64,000 bases of DNA from Candidatus Aegiribacteria sp. (lineage in GTDB: Bacteria > Fermentibacterota > Fermentibacteria > Fermentibacterales > JCC-6): assembly GCA_021108435.1 (NCBI GenBank), contig JAIOQY010000209.1, forward strand, positions 3,864-67,863, given 5' to 3'. The position numbers were made by a program, and so were the translations under genes. Shown one piece after another: positions 19,748 through 27,769 of the stretch (within the stretch, counting starts at the first letter, position 1; each line of letters starts with the position of its first letter). Under the pieces are notes generated by a model, which worked only from the letters and a program-made list of their open reading frames with translations, was not told the origin of the DNA and ran no database searches.

Positions 19748-19824
19748 TGGTCGGGGCGACTGGATTCGAACCAGCGACCACTTGAACCCCATTCAAGTGC
19801 GCTACCGGACTGCGCCACGCCCCG
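19748..19824 (-). tRNA. tRNA-Pro (anticodon GGG), CCA encoded
   Basis: Acceptor stem identical to the Pro-CGG gene. Anticodon stem CTTGA/TCAAG with loop ATGGGGT (GGG). T-arm GCTGG-TTCGAAT-CCAGT. 3' CCA. Confidence 0.85.
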
Positions 19825-19840
19825 ACCGGAAGGCCAATAA

Positions 19841-20230
19841 TTACTCGCTGTCCTCCTGATTGTCAACTGCCATAGGATCCCGCTCAAGAGTACTGATTAT
19901 GTCGGTTAATTCCTGCTTTATCGAATCGATCAGAGCGGTGGAAACGCTGGTTGCATCCAATTCAAGATTCATCTGTTCCGCCGAGTTACTCATCTCTTCA
20001 ATCTTCTGCCTTGCTCCATCGATTGTGTAACGTTCCTCGTAAAGCAATCGACTTATCAGCTTGATCAATCTGATCTCTTCCGGTTTGTAGACTCTGTTCC
20101 CGGATTGGCTTTTAGTAGGGCTGAGCATGGGGAAAGCAGTCTCCCAGTATCTGAGTACATGAGGTTTCAGTCCGGTCATGCTGCAGACCTCACTTATGGA
20201 ATAGTAAAGCTTCTCACTGTTTGATTCCAC
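19841..20230 (-). CDS. MerR-family transcriptional regulator, HspR-like
   Basis: HTH YYSISEVCSMTGLKPHVLRYWETAF. The most probable start is GTG 20230, one nt after the J-protein stop and preceded by AGGAGG. The ORF-track start 20302 would overlap the upstream gene by 71 nt. Confidence 0.7.
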   Translation of the reverse strand: MESNSEKLYYSISEVCSMTGLKPHVLRYWETAFPMLSPTKSQSGNRVYKPEEIRLIKLISRLLYEERYTIDGARQKIEEMSNSAEQMNLELDATSVSTALIDSIKQELTDIISTLERDPMAVDNQEDSE

Positions 20231-20231
20231 T

Positions 20232-20969
20232 CTACTCCTCCTCGTGTCTGATAATATGTGACATTTTCCGCAGCACTCGTGTAAAAACCGATCCTTTGGC
20301 ATCCTTCAGTTCTCTGATTTCCCTGATCATCCGCTTTGCTTCTTCATGTTCAGAATTCCAAGCCAGAGCTTCATTCATCGATCTCTCCGCAAGCAGCAGT
20401 TGATCAGCCTGTATATATATTTTCCCCAGCATCACATAGTTTTCAGGATCATGATATTCAATTTTGCATACAATTTTCATATGATTCACTGCATCATGAA
20501 ACCTGTTCATTCCAGCTGCAGCGGTTGCCAGTACTTTTCTCAAATGAGGACTATCGGGATGTGTATTCAGGTATTTCTCAAGCAATCGGGTAGCTTCCCA
20601 GTAATTCCCTTTCCCGCATAGTTTCTCAGCCTGTCTTGTTGAGCGCATCAGTTTCGCGTCGAGGAGCTTCATGTCGGCTGCCTCGGTTTTATCATGAATT
20701 ATTTTCGGTTTAGGATCAGGAGACTTGCCGGAGTTTTTGTCAACTCCTATGAGTTCATCATATTTTTCGCGCTCATCCTGATTGGAAAGCACATGATAAG
20801 CCTCATTGACAGTCATATATGTTTCCGTCATCGCTGGATCATTTCCAGTTACATCAGGATGCAGTTTTCTTGCCAGATCGTGGTAAGCATCTTCAATTTC
20901 ATCGTGAGATGCCCGGGTGGATACACTAAGAATTTCGTAGTAAGTGGAATATTCTGTATTATCAGTCAA
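20232..20969 (-). CDS. J-domain (DnaJ-like) protein with C-terminal TPR repeats
   Basis: YYEILSVSTRASHDEIEDAYHDLARKLHPD (J domain with HPD), then TPR-like repeats. Confidence 0.75.
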   Translation of the reverse strand: MTDNTEYSTYYEILSVSTRASHDEIEDAYHDLARKLHPDVTGNDPAMTETYMTVNEAYHVLSNQDEREKYDELIGVDKNSGKSPDPKPKIIHDKTEAADMKLLDAKLMRSTRQAEKLCGKGNYWEATRLLEKYLNTHPDSPHLRKVLATAAAGMNRFHDAVNHMKIVCKIEYHDPENYVMLGKIYIQADQLLLAERSMNEALAWNSEHEEAKRMIREIRELKDAKGSVFTRVLRKMSHIIRHEEE

Positions 20970-20988
20970 ATTCTGTCCAAATCTCTGC

Positions 20989-22452
20989 CTATTTCAGAAC
21001 TGTAAATCTTCGGCTGGCAGCAAATCCGTTACTGTCAGTCGCTCTTAAAATATATACTCCGGCGGCTATATCGTCCGTGATATTCCATATTATCGTATTA
21101 TCACCGTTCAGCAATTCTCCGGAATTATTATACACAATTCTTCCACTTGTATCGTATACGGCAACTTTCACTCCGGTAGATCCAGGTGCGGTGAGTGTGA
21201 AAACCGCGCTGGAAATAACAGGATTGGGATAGACAGCGCTGAGTGAAAGCATCGGTTCTATCGAAACACCTTCATCTTCGCCGATACCAACGAATCCAGG
21301 CGCGGTCATGCAGAGCCAGATGTTCATAGGTCGGCATTCATTACAGATTCTCTCTATCTCTGTTGTGTCACTCTGCGAACCCCAGAAACCGTCATCGTCA
21401 ACTTCAGGAGTGAAAGCAAGTATACCCTGCATATCGTTGCCGCCGTAGCACCAGTCGCACTGTTCTCCGTTTACAGGATAAAGAATCTGACCTGCTCTTC
21501 CAGGAGTGTAGCCGTTGAACGAAGTCATAGCAGCACCCCAGGCTTCGAAAGTGCTCTGATCCGGCGTGGGACTGTTTATGTATCCCCATGGATAAATCAG
21601 CCAGCCGCCGTATGTATGGTAATTCATGGCGGCTATCGGCTCAATGTCCGTTATGAAATCTCTCTGAACCTGGGTTTCAGGTTCGGAGAACGCCGCTGTT
21701 CCGCGATAAGTCTCGTTATAAGGATCACCGCTCGAACCGTAATTATCGTAATTCCACATGTATCCCCAGTTGCGGTTGAGGTCGACTCCGTCACCGTCTG
21801 TCCAGTTCATGTTCTTCCGCTGGTTTCCACCGTTCGGCATGTTGTACTCGTATCCGTCAGGATTGGCTATCGGCACAAAGTACACAGTGGTGTTGTCAAG
21901 AATCCAGGCTGCTCTTGTGTCTCCTCCATCGTAATTGCTGGTCAGCCACATGGCGAAATCAATCAGAACTATATTACTGCCGGGCTCACGCGCATGGATG
22001 AGAGACGAAAAATAAATCGGAGGCTTGTATCCGCTTCCCACAGGACTGGTCATCTTTATCATATATATGTCTCTGCTCTGGTATGACTGGCCTATAGTGA
22101 CCGGTGTATCGACAAGATCCGTATAGTCTGCGGCAAGTGTGCACCAGAACAGCCAGTTCTCCTCAGGGCTGTAATACTCTCCGGCATTTTTAGCGTTCTC
22201 CGGAAGGAGTTCACCCCATTCCCTCGGAAGAAGTTCATAATCTGCAAAACGCAGAGAAAGCTGATCAACCTCCCGCTCGGGAATCATCAGATCAGCGTAT
22301 CCGAGCCTGATATCTACATCTGCTATATCGTATCCGTCAGCCAGCAGCTGCTGCACAGTACCGGCAGTAACATCATGAACCCGAACCAGTCTGTCCGATG
22401 AAACAGCGGGAACAAATATGATAATTAAGAACAAAGTTATAAGGAATTTCAA
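20989..22452 (-). CDS. secreted M14-family zinc carboxypeptidase with Por/T9SS-type C-terminal sorting domain
   Basis: Signal peptide. SLIHAREPGS (HxxE zinc motif) and NPDGYEY. C-terminus VYPNPVISSAVFTL...VAVYDTSGRIV...GVYILRATDSNGFAASRRFTVLK. Confidence 0.7.
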   Translation of the reverse strand: MKFLITLFLIIIFVPAVSSDRLVRVHDVTAGTVQQLLADGYDIADVDIRLGYADLMIPEREVDQLSLRFADYELLPREWGELLPENAKNAGEYYSPEENWLFWCTLAADYTDLVDTPVTIGQSYQSRDIYMIKMTSPVGSGYKPPIYFSSLIHAREPGSNIVLIDFAMWLTSNYDGGDTRAAWILDNTTVYFVPIANPDGYEYNMPNGGNQRKNMNWTDGDGVDLNRNWGYMWNYDNYGSSGDPYNETYRGTAAFSEPETQVQRDFITDIEPIAAMNYHTYGGWLIYPWGYINSPTPDQSTFEAWGAAMTSFNGYTPGRAGQILYPVNGEQCDWCYGGNDMQGILAFTPEVDDDGFWGSQSDTTEIERICNECRPMNIWLCMTAPGFVGIGEDEGVSIEPMLSLSAVYPNPVISSAVFTLTAPGSTGVKVAVYDTSGRIVYNNSGELLNGDNTIIWNITDDIAAGVYILRATDSNGFAASRRFTVLK

Positions 22453-22575
22453 TGTAATCTCCTTCGTTAAGATTGACTTCTATCGGTTTAGCACTTAGTT
22501 TTGCCGCCTACTGACAGATAATATAGTATTAGGGTATATACAAAATACCACATAATTTGTGAAAGGAGTCTCCTC

Positions 22576-22809
22576 TTGGCAAGGAGCAAGCAATCTCTCA
22601 AGCGTCACAAGACCGATACGGTCAAGACAAAACGAAATCGCAGCAGAATGAGAACACTCAGAAGCGCCATCCGCAACGTTCGCGATGCGCAAACCCCTGA
22701 GGAAAGGGAAACAGCCTACAAAAAAGCCCAGAGTATCATTGACAAATCCGGCAGAAAACGGCTGATACACCCTAATAAGGCTAAGAGGCTTAAAAGCTCT
22801 CTATCATAG
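22576..22809 (+). CDS. rpsT: 30S ribosomal protein S20 (TTG start)
   Basis: MARSKQSLKRHKTDTVKTKRNRSRM.... GAAAGGAG RBS sits 8 nt upstream of the TTG. Confidence 0.9.
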   Translation: MARSKQSLKRHKTDTVKTKRNRSRMRTLRSAIRNVRDAQTPEERETAYKKAQSIIDKSGRKRLIHPNKAKRLKSSLS

Positions 22810-22815
22810 AGATCA

Positions 22816-22860
22816 GGGTCTGACCGTTAAATAATCAACAGTCAGACCCGATTCGTTTCA
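22816..22860 (+). terminator. stem-loop GGGTCTGAC-(16 nt)-GTCAGACCC followed by a T-rich tract, between convergent rpsT and an OMP gene; bidirectional terminator candidate
   Basis: Seen directly: 9-bp GC-rich stem followed by gattcgtttcatt. Confidence 0.5.
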
Positions 22861-22880
22861 TTCCTGATCTGATCAGTGCT

Positions 22881-23912
22881 TCAGAAGTAGTACGTACAGG
22901 ACAGATTCCCAAGAAACCCTTCAGGGGTTCCACTTATTATATACGGTCCATCATGCAGAAAACCTTCGCTGATGCAGGCATCAAGTGAAAAATTGGATAT
23001 CTCAAATCCGAGTCCGAACCTGCTGGAAACCCTCGTAGTGACTACAGCATCCTTTTCACCATCTTTGAATCTGTTGGTTACACTGATAGCTCCTGCTCTC
23101 AGAATAAGCCACCTGTTTATTCTCTGCTCAATACCGGCCTTAATGTGGATAAGATCAAGGGTCAATGCATTATCACCATCTTCCGGGGAAGAATTATTCA
23201 CACCTATGAACGCCCCTGCAATCAATCTTGTTTCCGTCGTAATCATTCTGTTAGTGGCAATACCCAGATCCGCGCTTATGGTGGTGATGATAGTGGAATC
23301 CTGTATGTCAAGTTTCGAGAAGTCAGCGCTGAAAACAGGAAACAGGTTGAAGAAAGCATGATCCATATGCCCTCTGAGCGAAGCGTTGAATTGAAGTTCC
23401 GTGATCTTTGTGGACGTTTCGGCAGCTTTATATTTGACTGAAAAGTATTCAGCGCCGAGAGAAATGTCGGAATACTCGAATGGAAACGCAAGTTCTGTTC
23501 CGAAAGTGGTTGAAAACGAATACTGATCCTTGATGCATTCTATGGGGCCGTACCCTGTTGCTTCATTCTCTATATAATCCACTCCAGCAATGATTCCAAA
23601 ACGGCCGGGATTGTAGAGAACCTCGAGAATATGCTTGTTGTGATTATAGAAAGCTCCCCAGCTTGTTCCTCTGGAATTTATAACTCCGCCGAACCATCCC
23701 AGCTGCCACTTATCATTATTATCTCCTATTCCTTCAACTGAAATAGAATTTATCGAACAGAACTGGTATTTGTTTATAGTTCCTGGGAAAGCCCATATTT
23801 CACAAAAATCGTTCATGAGCAACCTTGCGTCGTCAGTCAGCACTGTCATCCGTGGATCGCTCGCAAACGAAAAAGCAGTGAGTACAATAAGCGCTAATAT
23901 TCCGGTTCTCAT
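22881..23912 (-). CDS. putative outer-membrane beta-barrel protein (signal peptide, C-terminal Phe)
   Basis: MRTGILALIVLTAFSFA signal peptide. Alternating amphipathic strands. Ends ...CTYYF. Confidence 0.45.
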   Translation of the reverse strand: MRTGILALIVLTAFSFASDPRMTVLTDDARLLMNDFCEIWAFPGTINKYQFCSINSISVEGIGDNNDKWQLGWFGGVINSRGTSWGAFYNHNKHILEVLYNPGRFGIIAGVDYIENEATGYGPIECIKDQYSFSTTFGTELAFPFEYSDISLGAEYFSVKYKAAETSTKITELQFNASLRGHMDHAFFNLFPVFSADFSKLDIQDSTIITTISADLGIATNRMITTETRLIAGAFIGVNNSSPEDGDNALTLDLIHIKAGIEQRINRWLILRAGAISVTNRFKDGEKDAVVTTRVSSRFGLGFEISNFSLDACISEGFLHDGPYIISGTPEGFLGNLSCTYYF

Positions 23913-23968
23913 ATAAACCTCCTGGTCAAACAGAATAAAAGCCAATAATATTCAATATGATTGATAGT

Positions 23969-23995
23969 ATGATATTCATAACTTATGAATATCAT
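23969..23995. promoter_or_regulatory. 27-bp palindrome (13-bp perfect arms ATGATATTCATAA-ct-TTATGAATATCAT) about 25-55 bp upstream of the OMP gene start; candidate operator
   Basis: Seen directly in the sequence, in an AT-rich intergenic region. Confidence 0.4.
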
Positions 23996-24083
23996 AGATT
24001 AGATGAATTTTCTTTCTACCTTACCACCGATTTCTTCAAGATCATCGCAAATCAAACATATCTCAATATATTGTATTTTCGAG

Positions 24084-25346
24084 CTAGATCGAAAAACCAG
24101 ACTCGAGCACAGCACCTTTTGGAATCACAATTATACCTTCTCGGATAAAGCATTGGTCTGAAGAGTATTCCACTATACCTTCGGAATTCTCCAACCTGCA
24201 TCGATCCCCAATTCGAGCATTTTTATCAATTATCGCGTTCTTTATCAGGCAATCTCTGCCAATCCCGAGCAAAGGGAGGGTTTTATCAGTATTTCTTGGA
24301 TCACGATAATATCCTTCCCAGTAATCCGCACCCATGAAGACGCAGTTCTCCATCACAGTTCCGCTTCGAATCTTGCCCCGCAGCCCAACTATGCAGTTCC
24401 TCAGCTTTACTCCGCTTACATCTGAAGCATCGCAGATGATAGTGTTATCCACTTCACAGTTCTCCATCCTCGCTCCTGGTAACGCTCTTGCCCGTGTAAA
24501 CAGGGGAGAAAAAGAAGTATACATGTCAAAACAGGGGTCAGGCCCGGCCATATCCAGATTTGCTCGGAAGAAGCTGCTGATGCTTCCAATATCTGACCAG
24601 TATCCGTTGAATGGATAGGATAATACATTAAATTCACTTATAGAATCAGGGATAATCTCTTTTCCGAAATCTATAACATCAGGTTCTCGCCCCAGAACTT
24701 CCTCAAGCACATCAGGTGAAAACATGTAAATACCCATACTTCCAAGGTATGGCATTTCATCTGTCAGCCCTTTCTGTGTACTCTTAAGCTGAGGCAAATC
24801 AACCGGAGACGGCTTTTCACTGAATTCAGTAACGACACCGTCTTGTCCAACTTTCATGATACCAAGTGTCGGGGCTTCGATTGCTGATACCGGCTTGGTG
24901 GCGATTGTAATATCAGAGCCATTTCTGATGTGATATTCCGCGAACCTGTTGAAATCCATTCTGTACAACTGGTCACCGGACAGAATAAGCACCAGATCAG
25001 GGCAGAGATTCCTGATGTATTTCAGACTCTGCCTGACAGCATCAGCGGTTCCCTGAAACCATTCCCTGTTTTCTTCCGTCTGCTCTGCTGCCAGTATGGA
25101 TACAAAACCTTCCGAAAATCTGTCAAATCTGTATGTCCGGGCGACATGCCTGTTCAGACTCTCACTGTTGTACTGTGTTAGAACAAGAATATGTCTGATT
25201 CGATCATTGATACAATTTGAGATTGGAATATCGATGAGCCTGTATTTTCCACCAATGGGAACCGCAGGTTTGCTCCTGTCCCGAGTGAGAGGAAAAAGTC
25301 TTGTACCCCTTCCGCCTCCTAATACTACAGCAACAATTCTACTCAT
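24084..25346 (-). CDS. glgC: glucose-1-phosphate adenylyltransferase
   Basis: MSRIVAVVLGGGRGTRLFPLTRDRSKPAVPIGGKYRLIDIPISNCINDRI.... The start is moved to this Met, because the ORF-track N-terminal extension is unsupported. Confidence 0.85.
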   Translation of the reverse strand: MSRIVAVVLGGGRGTRLFPLTRDRSKPAVPIGGKYRLIDIPISNCINDRIRHILVLTQYNSESLNRHVARTYRFDRFSEGFVSILAAEQTEENREWFQGTADAVRQSLKYIRNLCPDLVLILSGDQLYRMDFNRFAEYHIRNGSDITIATKPVSAIEAPTLGIMKVGQDGVVTEFSEKPSPVDLPQLKSTQKGLTDEMPYLGSMGIYMFSPDVLEEVLGREPDVIDFGKEIIPDSISEFNVLSYPFNGYWSDIGSISSFFRANLDMAGPDPCFDMYTSFSPLFTRARALPGARMENCEVDNTIICDASDVSGVKLRNCIVGLRGKIRSGTVMENCVFMGADYWEGYYRDPRNTDKTLPLLGIGRDCLIKNAIIDKNARIGDRCRLENSEGIVEYSSDQCFIREGIIVIPKGAVLESGFSI

Positions 25347-25507
25347 GGCCCCTCCCTCATAATACTCTTCGGAAATAGAACTCCACGGGAAGAATGAGTC
25401 AAGAACCATATCATTGCCAGTCACACAGAATATTAAGATTTATTAAATCATTTCTTGACAAATCTAAAATATATATTATATATTCTTTAACATTCAGGAG
25501 GTTCAAT

Positions 25508-25858
25508 ATGGATATTGGAAATGCAAGGTGTCCTGACTGCAACAAACCTATGACACCGATTGCCTGCGAGTGCCCCATCTGTGGAATACGGATGGAGGGT
25601 AATTTCACCGTCTCGATACTCTCCCAGCTGCCACCGGACGACCAGGCTCTTGTTGTAGCTTTCATGCATAGTTTCGGGTCTATCAAGAAGATACAGGATT
25701 TACTCAATGTCAGTTATCCTACTGCCAGGGCAAGAATCGCTGAGGTAATCAAAAGACTTGATTCAACCATGAACGTACCGGATGAACAGGAGAACGCAAT
25801 TCTCGATAAACTCGAACGGGGAGATATCTCCTTCAAAGAAGCAATGGAGAACCTTTAG
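25508..25858 (+). CDS. DUF2089-family protein (N-terminal zinc ribbon + C-terminal HTH-like region)
   Basis: MDIGNARCPDCNKPM...CECPICGIRMEG.... AGGAGG RBS 6 nt upstream of the ATG at 25508. Confidence 0.65.
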   Translation: MDIGNARCPDCNKPMTPIACECPICGIRMEGNFTVSILSQLPPDDQALVVAFMHSFGSIKKIQDLLNVSYPTARARIAEVIKRLDSTMNVPDEQENAILDKLERGDISFKEAMENL

Positions 25859-25859
25859 A

Positions 25860-26117
25860 ATGCCTGCGTGGATACTTCTGCTTAGAATACGTAACTTCCC
25901 CATTCCTATTCCCTGGTTCATTATATGGATACTCCTACTGCCATTTATTCTCATTACATCAATGATTGGATATCTGGCCAGAATCAGCGGATTTGGAAAC
26001 TACATCTTCCGTCTTCTCAGTGAATCATGGAGAATTCTGATGCTGATTATCTGTCTTCATGGAACTGAAGTACGGGTGAATACCGGTGAGGAAGATATTC
26101 TTTTTAAATTCATCTAG
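25860..26117 (+). CDS. small two-TM membrane protein
   Basis: MPAWILLLRIRNFPIPIPWFIIWILLLPFILITSMIGYL.... Starts 2 nt after the DUF2089 stop. Confidence 0.4.
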   Translation: MPAWILLLRIRNFPIPIPWFIIWILLLPFILITSMIGYLARISGFGNYIFRLLSESWRILMLIICLHGTEVRVNTGEEDILFKFI

Positions 26118-26143
26118 ACTGGATGAAGTGAAAGGAGCGAACA

Positions 26144-26557
26144 ATGGAAAACAGTTCACAGAAAAAGATTCTGGAAATGCTCTCGGAAGGTAAGATCACT
26201 GTAGAAGAGGCTACAGCGCTTCTCTCCAAACTTCAGAATACTGACAACGACATTGACGAATCGAGCTCTGAGAAGGATCAGGACAGCAGAGGAAAAACAC
26301 CAAAATACCTTCGAGTTCTGGTTGATTCAGCAGAAGGTGACAAAGTAAATGTCAGAGTGCCTCTGAGCCTTATAAAAACTGGTATCAAGCTTTCTGCGCT
26401 CATTCCCGGTGATGCAGCCGCCAGGATAGGTAATTCGGGACTTGATCTTTCGCAAATCTCAGAGCTTTCCGGTGATGAGCTTATCGAAGCACTCAGAGAA
26501 TTACAGGTCGATGTTGACAGCGCCAATGGTGACAAGGTGAGGGTTTTCACCGAATAA
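26144..26557 (+). CDS. SHOCT-like domain protein
   Basis: KILEMLSEGKITVEEATALLSKL resembles the SHOCT motif. Followed by an acidic linker and GDKVNVRVPL beta-rich repeats. Confidence 0.5.
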   Translation: MENSSQKKILEMLSEGKITVEEATALLSKLQNTDNDIDESSSEKDQDSRGKTPKYLRVLVDSAEGDKVNVRVPLSLIKTGIKLSALIPGDAAARIGNSGLDLSQISELSGDELIEALRELQVDVDSANGDKVRVFTE

Positions 26558-26574
26558 AGCAAAGAGAAGGTAAC

Positions 26575-27564
26575 ATGAAAATCGCTCTTGCAGGAAAACC
26601 CGGTTGCGGCAGATCAACTCTTTTTAAAGCTCTTGCGGGATCCTCAGATGCTGACACCGGCAAACCGCTCACTGTTCAGGTACCAGATGAAAGGCTCGAT
26701 TATCTTACAACTGTTCATATACCTGAGAAAAAAGTAAACGCTACAGTGGTATTCTACGATGTCCCTTCACCCTCGTTTTCTCCCGGGAATATGGCAATCA
26801 TGAGAAACGCTGCCGTTCTAGCTGCTGTTCTTGATAATTACGCTCTGGGTGATCTTGTAGCGGACTTCTCAGAGATAGAGTCCGAACTCATTCTCTCTGA
26901 TATGAAAATCACAGAAAAACGACTCGCGCGATTGCGCAAGGAAAGCAAGGGCAAATCCAGAGAAGCGATTCTTCTTGAGCGGATACTCGCGCATATGGAA
27001 ACAGATCAACCGCTCAGAACAGTAAGTTTTGATAGTAATGAACTCGATCTGCTCTCTCCATACGCTCCACTATCTCTAAAACCGCTTCTCGTTGTTCCAA
27101 ACAGGATGGGGGAACCTGTAACCCCCGAAGATGCTCTTCACGAAGCAGTATTGTCTCATGGGGCTTCCATTCTTCCAATAGATGCAGGTCTTGAACTTGA
27201 GCTGACTGCTATTGAAAATGATGACCGGCAGGAATTCCTGGAATCACTGGGCTACTCCTCAAGTGGTCTTTCCCGCCTGATCAGAGAGAGCTATTCCGCA
27301 CTCGATCTCATAGTTTTCTATACAATCGGAAAAGATGAGGTCAGGGCCTGGCCCTTAAGACAAGGGGCGACAGCTCCTGAAGCAGCAGGAAGCATTCACA
27401 CTGATTTCGCCAGAGGTTTCATAAGAGCAATTGTAATGCCCTACGAACTTTATCATGAGTTTCCTGATAGAGCAATGCTGAAAGACAGGGGTGAATTGCA
27501 GATTGAAGGCAAGAATTATGTGGTTCAGGATGGTGACATAATAGAGATTCTCTTCAATGTCTGA
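26575..27564 (+). CDS. YchF/Obg-like GTPase-family protein with divergent P-loop
   Basis: C-terminal TGS-like region ...AWPLRQGATAPEAAGSIHTDFARGFIRA...VQDGDII matches YchF. The N-terminal Walker A reads GKPGCGRST, with Arg in place of the canonical Lys. Confidence 0.6.
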   Translation: MKIALAGKPGCGRSTLFKALAGSSDADTGKPLTVQVPDERLDYLTTVHIPEKKVNATVVFYDVPSPSFSPGNMAIMRNAAVLAAVLDNYALGDLVADFSEIESELILSDMKITEKRLARLRKESKGKSREAILLERILAHMETDQPLRTVSFDSNELDLLSPYAPLSLKPLLVVPNRMGEPVTPEDALHEAVLSHGASILPIDAGLELELTAIENDDRQEFLESLGYSSSGLSRLIRESYSALDLIVFYTIGKDEVRAWPLRQGATAPEAAGSIHTDFARGFIRAIVMPYELYHEFPDRAMLKDRGELQIEGKNYVVQDGDIIEILFNV

Positions 27565-27607
27565 AAATCAGAATTAACCCGAAACCTGCCTCACTCTGCT
27601 CATGGTT

Positions 27608-27769
27608 GGTGTCATGTCAAGTGTCAGATGCTGTAAAATTGCGAAGTTATTTGGCGTTCCTGCAAGGCGTGGGTGAGGGAGCATAGCAGAGCTATGTAAC
27701 TGAATCCGCAACGCCGCAGGAGCGTCAAAGAACGAGCAGGATACATCATTTGACACTTGACATGACACT
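27608..27769. repeat. about 160-bp element closed by an 18-bp perfect inverted repeat (GTGTCATGTCAAGTGTCA / TGACACTTGACATGACAC), extendable to 22 bp with one G-U; contains a nested imperfect inverted repeat
   Basis: Seen directly. Left arm 27609-27626, right arm 27751-27768. Inner IR near 27651-27661 and 27716-27726. Lies between the convergent YchF-like gene (+) and yihY (-). The right arm overlaps the last codons of yihY. Confidence 0.5.

Noticed and set aside
20970-20988. HspR HAIR operator (CTTGAGT-N7-ACTCAAG) near the J-protein/HspR pair
   Set aside because: No match found in the window. The J gene has almost no upstream intergenic space, so regulation probably occurs elsewhere.
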